From positions 1-57,787 of the forward strand of contig CAWEDJ010000102.1 in NCBI GenBank assembly GCA_963807635.1: a DNA stretch of 57,787 nt, written 5' to 3'. Position numbers and translations under genes: made by a program. Each line of letters begins with the position of its first letter. The first letter of the stretch is position 1. Below, piece by piece: positions 31,040-39,048 of this stretch. This stretch comes from an uncultured cyanobacterium (GTDB lineage Bacteria > Cyanobacteriota > Cyanobacteriia > Cyanobacteriales > Microcystaceae). The notes under the pieces were generated by a model that worked only from the letters and a program-made list of their open reading frames with translations, searched no databases and had not been told where the DNA came from.

Positions 31040-31075
31040 CGGTTCGTTTTATAGACTTTACTGTTTTTACTACCT

Positions 31076-32503
31076 ATGAATACAAAGCAACTTAATTCCG
31101 TTGTAGGATACGCCAGAATTTCTACTGAGCGTCATTTAGCTGATGCGGATGTTCTTCTCTCTACTCAGCAGTGTCTTAAACAGTATGGTGTTTCTTCTGA
31201 TCTCTTCTTTTGGGATATGGAGTCTGGCTTTTCTGATAAACGAAGAGGCTATGACGATATTTTGGCTCTTATTGCTCAAGGTAATATCCAAAAGGTTGTT
31301 GTTTATTGCTTCGATTATTTTCGTGGGAATACTTTGCAGTGGCAAGATTTTTTTGCTATTCTCTCCCATCAGAATATTGAGGTTGTTTTGGTCGGTGAAG
31401 GACGTTTTCTCCATATCGATGGAGTGGGCAATGTTCTAGCGGATACGATTCATCAATCTGTCCTGGCTAAGCAACGCCATATCAATCGCCAGAATTCAGA
31501 GCGAGGGCATGAGAAACGCCGACAACAGCAAAAGCCTTTCGTTGTTCCTTTTGGCTATGTTCTCAATGAGAATGCTGAGGTGGCTATTAATCTAGCTCTC
31601 TATAAGGATTCTCAAAAGAGCTATTATGCGATCGCCAGGGAACTGATTGATTGTTTTCTCGACACTGAGTCGGTTAGCCAAACGCTGGCTGCTCTTTGTG
31701 ATCTCTATGGATACAAGCGAGTTGGAAATCGTAATCTGGACTTCCCCCGTGATCCCAAGGCTTTAAAGAACTGGTTACTCAGTCCTTTTTTACGAGGGAC
31801 GCTCGTTTTTTTTCCTAAAGATCCCACACGTCGTATTGAGCATCCTCTTCATCATCCAGCTATTATCACTGAGAAAGAGGCTCTCCAAATTCATCTTATT
31901 ATGGAACGTCGCAAGATTATCAAGAAGACTGATACCTTAGCCAATCCTCTTATTGATTTAATTTTTTGTGCTGGCTGTGGTTCTCCTATGAAGGTTTCCC
32001 AGTCTAAAGGCAGCTCGAACTCTGAGTATCACTATTACCTGACCTGCAAGGGGGCTTACCCTAAAGTGGGACACCCCAAAGTCTGCGATCGCCGTTCTAG
32101 TTATGGTTTAGAAATTAGTGATGTTATCAGCTTTGTGATTGGAGCTTTGTCTCGTGCCTCGGAGCGCATCGAGCAGTGCCTACCCCCTGATAGTCTTGAT
32201 AAAGTGCTAGATACTCCTGAAATACTGGCACTCAAATCTAAGATTGAAAAGATAGAGGCTCTCAATTTCCCTGAAATGATTCTTGTTATCAATCAATTAA
32301 AGACCGAATTGGAGGGACTTATTGCCCAAAAGTTGCGAGAACACAACGAAAATAACTTGGCTTTCTTGGATTTACAGTCCATCCTTCATCGCCCCAATAT
32401 TTGGCGTTCTATCTTGCCTGAAGAGTTGAGGACTATCTGTCCTTTGCTTGTCAAACGAGTTATTTGTGATGAGGGGCAAGTCGCCATTGAACTTTTAGTT
32501 TAA
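31076..32503 (+). CDS. Large serine recombinase (XisF-like: resolvase, recombinase and Zn-ribbon domains)
   Basis: VVGYARIST (catalytic Ser), D.ESG....R, PFGY, HPAIIT, CAGCGSPM..YYLTC..C, coiled coil. Confidence 0.85.
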   Translation: MNTKQLNSVVGYARISTERHLADADVLLSTQQCLKQYGVSSDLFFWDMESGFSDKRRGYDDILALIAQGNIQKVVVYCFDYFRGNTLQWQDFFAILSHQNIEVVLVGEGRFLHIDGVGNVLADTIHQSVLAKQRHINRQNSERGHEKRRQQQKPFVVPFGYVLNENAEVAINLALYKDSQKSYYAIARELIDCFLDTESVSQTLAALCDLYGYKRVGNRNLDFPRDPKALKNWLLSPFLRGTLVFFPKDPTRRIEHPLHHPAIITEKEALQIHLIMERRKIIKKTDTLANPLIDLIFCAGCGSPMKVSQSKGSSNSEYHYYLTCKGAYPKVGHPKVCDRRSSYGLEISDVISFVIGALSRASERIEQCLPPDSLDKVLDTPEILALKSKIEKIEALNFPEMILVINQLKTELEGLIAQKLREHNENNLAFLDLQSILHRPNIWRSILPEELRTICPLLVKRVICDEGQVAIELLV

Positions 32504-32513
32504 GAAAAAAGAA

Positions 32514-32543
32514 TACTGCATCCATTTGGTGCAGTTTTTTTTT
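32514..32543 (+). terminator. Intrinsic terminator after the recombinase gene
   Basis: ACTGCA-TCCATTTGG-TGCAGT followed by a T run. Confidence 0.7.
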
Positions 32544-32566
32544 GCAAAAAAATCAATACTATTAGG

Positions 32567-32679
32567 GGTGTTGCTGATTTTAAATATGAATCTTCTTTTA
32601 TGGAATTTTAAAAACCTAGACTCAAACTGACTTTGGGCTATGTGCAAAATTCACATTCATATCTTGATTCAGCAACGCC
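32567..32679 (-). mobile_element. 113-bp MITE-like element, copy 2 (inverted relative to copy 1)
   Basis: Reverse complement aligns ungapped to 30768-30880 with 7 mismatches. Confidence 0.8.
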
Positions 32680-32790
32680 TAATTTGTTAATGATGACCCA
32701 AAAGAAACGACATTTAATGTGTTATCGCGACATTAGGTTGTTAAGACGACAGCAATTTGTTAATAATGACAAATAATTAGTTAATGTACA
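32680..32790 (-). repeat. CAST left end (tRNA/PAM-proximal) with four contiguous TnsB sites and a truncated fifth
   Basis: Minus strand reads TGTACA-TTAACTAATTATTTGTC, TTAACAAATTGCTGTC, TTAACAACCTAATGTC, ATAACACATTAAATGTC, then TTAACAAATTA cut off by the MITE. Confidence 0.9.
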
Positions 32791-32798
32791 GAAAAAAA

Positions 32799-32869
32799 AG
32801 CGGGCGGCGAGAATCGAACTCGCATCATTAGCTTGGAAGGCTAAGGTTTTACCACTAAACTACGCCCGC
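32799..32869 (-). tRNA. tRNA-Gly (anticodon TCC), CAST homing target
   Basis: GCGGGCG/CGCCCGC acceptor stem, anticodon arm TTAGC-CT-TCC-AA-GCTAA, GTTCGATT T-loop. Confidence 0.96.
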
Positions 32870-32989
32870 AAAAGTGGAGTATTTTTTACACCTTAGTAAC
32901 CATAACATATTTAAGGAACTATTGAAAAGAGTTTCTCCAAAAAAATACCAGGAATGAAATGTACACTGCTGTTTAATCCCTACCTTGTC

Positions 32990-33955
32990 CTAAATGACCG
33001 TCTCTGCAAACAGTTTCCACAAAACCAAACCTGTCACTAACAAACAGCCAATTCCTGCCATACCCGCCAAAGGTTGTTTGCCCATACCCACTCCCCAATC
33101 AGGGCTGTTTTCGGGATAGGTTAATAATTCTGCCGCATCTAGGGAGGCTAATCCCCAGACCCAGGCGGCGTGGAGTCCCCAGGCAACTCCCAGATTTTCA
33201 TTATCAGCCCAGCGAGCAATTACCAAAATGATTCCCATCAAAAATAGGCCTGGCAGTTGGGGAATGGTTGCGCTCCGCTCCCACAGTAGATGCAATAGGG
33301 CAAAGATAATACTCGACATAAGGGCGGCTCCCCAAAAGGGATAGTCCTGTTGGAGTTGGGTAAAAAAAACACCTCTAAAGAGGATTTCTTCGGTGAGACC
33401 GACCCATAATCCCAAAAGTAAGAGGGGAAGAGACAGAGAAATTAGCCGAGTAAAATGTTGATTTTGCCACTTTACCCAGCCTAATAAGCTTTCTATTCCA
33501 AAGATAAAACCCAAGCCACCTAACCCTAACATTAGTCCGACCAGTAGCGATCGCAGCAATTCTTGATTCCAAATCAGACCGTAATCGACAAGAGAAAGGT
33601 CATCTCCCTGGAGAGTCAGCCAAATCATCAAGGGAACTAATAGGTATAAAGAAGCCAACAGGGGCAATTTTTGTTGGGGAGTCGGGGAATTTAGGGGATT
33701 CCATTGTAAAAATTTTCCCAAGGGAACTGCGATTGGTAGCCAAAATACGACCCAAACCAAGAGAAATAAGCCTATTTTGATCAGAGCAGGATAGAACTTT
33801 AGGGAAGTTAGCAGGGGCGTTAGATCAGTTAAAAAATATTGCACAATGATTTCGAGAATGAGGGACTTACCGACCAGGATTTTATACACGGATGATAAAA
33901 TAAGGGCAATTTCCTCAGTGGAATTAGCCCTTAAAGTATTTTTAAATTCTCCCAT
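32990..33955 (-). CDS. CPBP (CAAX/Abi) family intramembrane metalloprotease
   Basis: Multiple TMs, EEILFRG, FALLH, GLHAAW. Start uncertain. Confidence 0.88.
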   Translation of the reverse strand: MGEFKNTLRANSTEEIALILSSVYKILVGKSLILEIIVQYFLTDLTPLLTSLKFYPALIKIGLFLLVWVVFWLPIAVPLGKFLQWNPLNSPTPQQKLPLLASLYLLVPLMIWLTLQGDDLSLVDYGLIWNQELLRSLLVGLMLGLGGLGFIFGIESLLGWVKWQNQHFTRLISLSLPLLLLGLWVGLTEEILFRGVFFTQLQQDYPFWGAALMSSIIFALLHLLWERSATIPQLPGLFLMGIILVIARWADNENLGVAWGLHAAWVWGLASLDAAELLTYPENSPDWGVGMGKQPLAGMAGIGCLLVTGLVLWKLFAETVI

Positions 33956-34118
33956 GATGAAATGACCTTACTAATCCTCAACAACAGAAGGGATTTAGTA
34001 CGACATCTCATCCTTTAGGAATAGAACACAAGAAGATTACTTAAACTTTCAATTATACCCAAGCAGTGATTTCTTCAGTCCAAGAAGGGGTAAATCCACT
34101 TACCTCGAATTTTCTGAA

Positions 34119-34502
34119 TTATTCTTCGCCTTCTGAGCCAGCATCAACTTGCTTGAGGTGAATATGTTTGTAACCCAATTTGATTTCAAATTCATCACCA
34201 GACTTTAATCCCATTTGTTCGGTGTAGGTAGAACCAATGACAATTTGGCCATTTTTGTGGACGCTAACTCGGAATGTCGGCTCGCGACCCCGTCCATCTT
34301 TAAGACCACCTGGTTCGAGGGGAACGCCTTTTGCTGCAAGGACAGCATCATAAAAGTCAGTCAAGTTGACACGGGTTTGACCGTCTTTTGAGGTGGTGTA
34401 ATAGCCGCACAGTTTAGCAGTTTCACGACGGGGTTTACTGGATAAATCTTTGACTCTTTGTAGTAGAGCTTTACCCGTTAGGGGTACAGAGGTTTCAGAC
34501 AT
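34119..34502 (-). CDS. Cyanobacterial AbrB-like regulator (cyAbrB1/CalA type)
   Basis: LTGKALL..RRETAK.CGYY..RVNLTDFYDAVL..RVSVHKNGQIVIG..GDEFEIKLG. Confidence 0.92.
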   Translation of the reverse strand: MSETSVPLTGKALLQRVKDLSSKPRRETAKLCGYYTTSKDGQTRVNLTDFYDAVLAAKGVPLEPGGLKDGRGREPTFRVSVHKNGQIVIGSTYTEQMGLKSGDEFEIKLGYKHIHLKQVDAGSEGEE

Positions 34503-34884
34503 AAGATGTAAATCTTCCTTAATTGTTTGTAGTGGGTTTTCAATTTAACTTGAAAATTGATCATATTCAAAATATAACATTAAATTCTTAATAGAAAAAA
34601 TTTTTTTTAATTTTTTTACGTGTGACAAGCGGAGATTTTTCTGCGAGAGAAATGATTTCGATTTTTTTGCTTGGGAGAAAATTGATGGGTTATAATTGAC
34701 GATAATTCAAATCGATTCTCTCTCAAATAAGCTTGCTCAACTTTCAGACAGCCAAAGACTAATTTTATGTTCAGTCCTGGGATATATAGGTAGGAAGAAT
34801 TGAGAAGGACTGAGCAAAACAATCCGAAAGGGTTGATCCAAAATTTTGGGAGATAGGGGTTTATCTATACATATTGGGTTTATC

Positions 34885-34986
34885 TAAGCTGTCACAAATT
34901 TAGATTGCATAATGATTCTGTTGAAAGTCTCGTAACAAGAGGCTTAAGCCCCTTGCCTGTATGTATTTTAGATAATTAGCAGCTTA
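34885..34986. repeat. Short intergenic MITE/REP-like element
   Basis: TAAGCTG...CAGCTTA ends and an internal CAAGAGGCTTAAGCCCCTTG imperfect palindrome. Confidence 0.55.
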
Positions 34987-35122
34987 TAAATATATAGATA
35001 GGAACTGAATTCCTTTGGGAGATAAATTTGTGTTGAGGTTCGTTCCCAGGGAGATAAGGGTGCTTTAGACTAGGGAATAGGGGAAATATCCCTGGTCTTT
35101 TTCACTCTAAAAATGGCTATTT

Positions 35123-36118
35123 ATGCAGGTTCAATTTAAAGTTTCTCGCCAGAAGCCCAACGGTAATCCTTATTTCCAGACTTTTTTATTAGATGTTGAA
35201 GCGGGTATGACGATCCTGGATTGCCTGAATCAGATCAAATGGGAGCAAGATGGCAGTCTTGCCTTTAGAAAAAATTGTCGCAATACGATTTGTGGAAGTT
35301 GTAGTATCAAAATTAATGGACGTTCTGCCTTAGCGTGTAAGGAAAACGTGGGCAGTGAATTAAGACGATTTTCTCATTCTGTGGGAGATGATATTCCTGA
35401 AATTGCGATCGCACCGATGGGCAATTTTACGGTCATGAAGGATTTAATTGTGGATATGCAGCCCTTTTGGGACAACTTGGAAAAGGTTGATCCCTACGTG
35501 AGTACCAACAGTAGAGAAATTCCCGAACGAGAATTTTTACAAACTCCAGAAGAGCGGGAACAATTAAATGAAATGGGAAATTGCATTTTATGTGGAGCTT
35601 GCTACTCGGAATGTAATGCTAAATCGGTGAATCCCAGTTTTGTGGGGCCTCATGCTTTGGCTAAGGCCCAACGATTAGTCGGAGATTCACGGGATACCCA
35701 GACGGAAGAACGGTTAGAGCATTATAACGAAGGCGTGGAAGGAGCTTGGGGCTGTACCCGTTGCTATCTCTGCAATACGGTCTGTCCGATGGAAGTGGCT
35801 CCGATGGATCAGATTAGTAAAATCAAGCAACAAATTTTAGACCGCAAGGATGCCCAGTCTAGTCGTTCCGTTCGTCACCGCAAAGTCCTGGTTGATCTGG
35901 TCAAAGCAGGCGGATGGGTAGATGAACGTAAATTTGGCTTGTATGTGATGGGAAATTATTTCCGAGATTTAGCAGGGATTGCGAGTATTTTGCCCCTGGG
36001 GTTACGGATGCTCAGTTTACGCAAGTTTCCCACTTCCTTTGAACCGTCCGAGGGAACCCAAGAAGTGCGATCGCTGATCGAAGCTGTCCAAGCAGAAACC
36101 CACAACAAAAAGCCCTAA
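35123..36118 (+). CDS. sdhB: Succinate dehydrogenase/fumarate reductase iron-sulfur subunit
   Basis: CRNTICGSC, CILCGACYSEC, CTRCYLCNTVCP. Confidence 0.93.
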   Translation: MQVQFKVSRQKPNGNPYFQTFLLDVEAGMTILDCLNQIKWEQDGSLAFRKNCRNTICGSCSIKINGRSALACKENVGSELRRFSHSVGDDIPEIAIAPMGNFTVMKDLIVDMQPFWDNLEKVDPYVSTNSREIPEREFLQTPEEREQLNEMGNCILCGACYSECNAKSVNPSFVGPHALAKAQRLVGDSRDTQTEERLEHYNEGVEGAWGCTRCYLCNTVCPMEVAPMDQISKIKQQILDRKDAQSSRSVRHRKVLVDLVKAGGWVDERKFGLYVMGNYFRDLAGIASILPLGLRMLSLRKFPTSFEPSEGTQEVRSLIEAVQAETHNKKP

Positions 36119-37329
36119 ATTGCACAACGAAACCCCGCTAAAATTTGGCGTACCCAGGGATGATACCAATTGCGAAAAGTATTGCGTAATCCCCACATTC
36201 CTGTGACCCAACTGCCTCCCCGTAGAACTCGGTGTTGTTGGTCAAAATAAGTCTGGGAATAGCCTGGATAGGGATAGGGCTGAAAATCAGGATAGGGCGC
36301 GAACCAGGAATCCGTCCACTCCCACACATTGCCCAACATATCCTGGCAACCGTAGGCACTCTTTCCTTCCAGATAAGAATTTACAGGGGTGGTTTGACCT
36401 ATGTAATTGCCATAGTTACAACGAGTGATATCAGGCAAGTCTTCTCCCCAGGGATAACGTCTTGGTTGCTGATGGGTTGCGTCCCAACTGGCGGCTTTTT
36501 CCCATTCGGCTTCGGTGGGTAAACGTTTCCCAATAAATTTGGCATAAGCGGACGCTTCATACCAACTCACACCATAGACGGGATGATCGGCTCTTTCTTC
36601 TGAGGCGATCCAATAGAGGGGCTGGGTAATCAAATTTTTTTGTTTCCATTGCCAGCCTTCTTTTGACCAATGGTTAGGATCGTCGTAACCGCCTTGTTCG
36701 ATAAAGCGTTGATATTCGCTACAGGTGACAGGATAGGTATCTATCTGATAGGAATCCAGGTAAATTTTTTGCGTAGTGCGTTCATTGTCCTGGGCTTGCA
36801 CGCGATCGCATCCCATTAAAAATTCCCCTGGAGGAATAGTAATCATGTCTGAGGATTGAAAAGAAGTTGATTCCATCGGATTACGGGCAATTTTTTGAAA
36901 ATTCCCTGATTGAAACCGAGAGAGTTCTAATAAAAAGGCGATCGTTTCTCGATGTTGGGTTTCGTGTTGGATTAACCACCACCAGAGTCTTTCTTGTTTT
37001 TCTAGAGGGGCGATCGCCAGATAATCTAAAACCTGATCTCGCACGACTTGGAGATACTCTTCAATAATCTGAAAGCTAGGTAACTTTTGCCTTTCGGTTT
37101 TAGGTAAACCATCGGCAGCAAAGAGTCGGCGATATTCCGAAGAAATTGGCTTAAATCCCTGTAATTGCTCTAAAATCCAGTAAGCTTCCGTAAAAGCAAT
37201 ATGTCCCAAGTGCCAACCCACGGGACTAAATTCTGGATGTAATTGCTGACAAAAAAAAGCGTCTTCAACGGTGGTGAATAACGCTAGGGTTTCAGCGCGA
37301 CAGGATTGTAAAGACTCAGCGATCGACAT
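36115..37329 (-). CDS. egtB: Ergothioneine biosynthesis sulfoxide synthase (DinB plus FGE-sulfatase)
   Basis: SPVGWHLGH, QHETQHRE, RLPTEAEWEKAA, GNVWEW, GFRC. Confidence 0.82.
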   Translation of the reverse strand: MSIAESLQSCRAETLALFTTVEDAFFCQQLHPEFSPVGWHLGHIAFTEAYWILEQLQGFKPISSEYRRLFAADGLPKTERQKLPSFQIIEEYLQVVRDQVLDYLAIAPLEKQERLWWWLIQHETQHRETIAFLLELSRFQSGNFQKIARNPMESTSFQSSDMITIPPGEFLMGCDRVQAQDNERTTQKIYLDSYQIDTYPVTCSEYQRFIEQGGYDDPNHWSKEGWQWKQKNLITQPLYWIASEERADHPVYGVSWYEASAYAKFIGKRLPTEAEWEKAASWDATHQQPRRYPWGEDLPDITRCNYGNYIGQTTPVNSYLEGKSAYGCQDMLGNVWEWTDSWFAPYPDFQPYPYPGYSQTYFDQQHRVLRGGSWVTGMWGLRNTFRNWYHPWVRQILAGFRCAI

Positions 37330-37354
37330 TGGGGGGAGAGAAAATCAAAGTTCG

Positions 37355-37475
37355 TAAGTAGATGGGTCTTAAAAGTTATAAGATCCCCCCGTTCTACGGA
37401 CACCCACCTTATCAAGGGGGGCAGGGGGGATCGAGTGCAAAACCTATTGTCAGTTTAATTGTAACCAGCTACTTA
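37355..37475 (+). repeat. ~120-bp MITE/REP-like element, copy A
   Basis: TAAGTAG...CTACTTA ends and internal CCTTATCAAGGGGGGCAGGGGGGATC. Inverted homolog at 38692-38804. Confidence 0.7.
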
Positions 37476-37489
37476 GCCGTTAAAAATTG

Positions 37490-38630
37490 TCAATTCGCCT
37501 TAATTGTTTGAGTTTCCTGAACCGTCGAAACCATTGCGGCCATTAATTGTTCGGGAGAAACGCTAAAGGGTAAACGGTGAATATCCGAATCGGGCTGACA
37601 GGTTGTCTCGGCGGCGTGTTGCAATTCGGCCAGGGTGATTTGACTTAAACCCAGATCATTCAAACTTTTCGGTAAACCAATTTCGCCATAAAATTTGAGC
37701 AATTGTTGACGAGAAGTGAGGGCCAATTGATTTCCTGCAATCATTTCCTCTAGGCGTAACTGCACTAAAATTCCGTAGGCAACTTTTTCACCATGTAAAA
37801 TATGATGGGCGGCGGGAATATGGGTCAAACCATTATGGACGGCATGGGCCGCAACGGTTCGGCAATTTGCGCCACCGAGTCCTCCGATCACTCCTGCAGA
37901 GTAAAACGGTTGCATCGACCACTTCTTTCCAGGTTTCGCAGCCTGGTTCTTGCAATGCGGCGACGGATTTTTGCAACAGTAAATCCCGTAATACCCTGGC
38001 TTGTTGGACGGCCGCAATGGTTAAGGTATCGCTAGAATGACCACTACTGACGGAAGCTTCGTACCATTTGGCGATCGCGTCTCCGATACCTGCAACGAGG
38101 GTGCGCTGGGGAGCTAATTGGATCAGGTCATAGTCGAGAATGAGGAGATCGGGACAGTGGGGAAGGGGAACATCGTATTGAAAGGCCCCTGCATCACTAT
38201 AAACATTCGATAATCCTGTCCAGGCTGCACAGGTCGCGCCAGAGGTGGGAATGGTGACGATGGGTAATTGGCAACGGTAGGCGACTAATTTGGCTGTGTC
38301 GAGGGCCTTACCGCCACCGACCCCAATAATAAAATCAGCCTGATGTTGCTGGACGGCGGTTTGTAATTTTGCGAGAGAATTTTCTGAACAATCGGGAGTA
38401 TAACATTCTTCTTCGGCTGTCAATTCTTGGGACTGAAAAACCCTTTCTAAGGGAGATTTAACGACAGCTAAGGTTTGTTTTCCGCCAATAACGAGGGGAC
38501 GTTTCCCAAAAGAGGCGATCGCATTTCCTGAAGAAGCCAGGCTTCCGCGCAGAACTTGGGTCGGCGCAATACTGAGTACGGACAATTGGGAAGCAACTTT
38601 TGAAGGATGTTTAGCAATTTTTGACGGCAT
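37490..38630 (-). CDS. gldA: Glycerol dehydrogenase / iron-containing alcohol dehydrogenase (frameshift near 37900)
   Basis: GVGGGKALDTAK, PTSGATCA, AGIGDA, AHAVHNGLT, LHGEKVAYG. Confidence 0.85.
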
Positions 38631-38691
38631 CAGTCCAAATTTCCAAAAAAGATAATAATTTTCAAACAGATTAACAGAAAATTCCCCTAAA

Positions 38692-38804
38692 TGGGTAGAT
38701 AGTTGTAATTAAATTGAGGATGGATTGATCCCCCCTGCCCCCCTTGATAAGGGGGGTGTCCGTAGGACGGGGGGATCTGATAAATTTTAAGTCTCATCTA
38801 CTTA
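38692..38804 (-). repeat. ~113-bp MITE/REP-like element, copy B
   Basis: GATCCCCCCTGCCCCCCTTGATAAGG core and CATCTACTTA end, reverse-complementary to copy A. Confidence 0.7.
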
Positions 38805-39048
38805 GTAAGATTCTGCTCAATCAGTACCCTACTTAAAAATAACACTGAAATTTAAGGAATGCAGGAAGATTTAAAAAAAAATTAGTCAACAAAACAATAA
38901 TACTTGTGAGAAATAGCCGATGTTATCCCAAAAACAAGATCACAAGCGAGAATAGAAAATATATAGATTAAAGAGTGTTTTTCATACAAATACCTAATGT
39001 TTTCGACCAGCTCTAATTTTAGCAAATATCGAAAAAAGAGAAAATATT

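Larger units (their letters stand above)
13546..32790. mobile_element. Complete type V-K CRISPR-associated transposon (CAST), 19,245 bp
   Basis: TGTACA termini at 13546 and 32785-32790, 5-bp TSD GAAAA at 13541-13545 and 32791-32795, TnsB-site arrays at both ends, tnsB/tnsC/tniQ, cas12k, tracrRNA, CRISPR array, adjacent tRNA target. Confidence 0.96.

Noticed and set aside
30759..32688. MITE-bounded composite transposon that delivered the recombinase
   Set aside because: The outer flanks (TGATCATGG and TAATTTGTT) show no target duplication. The split-site evidence fits inversion better. Not fully excluded.
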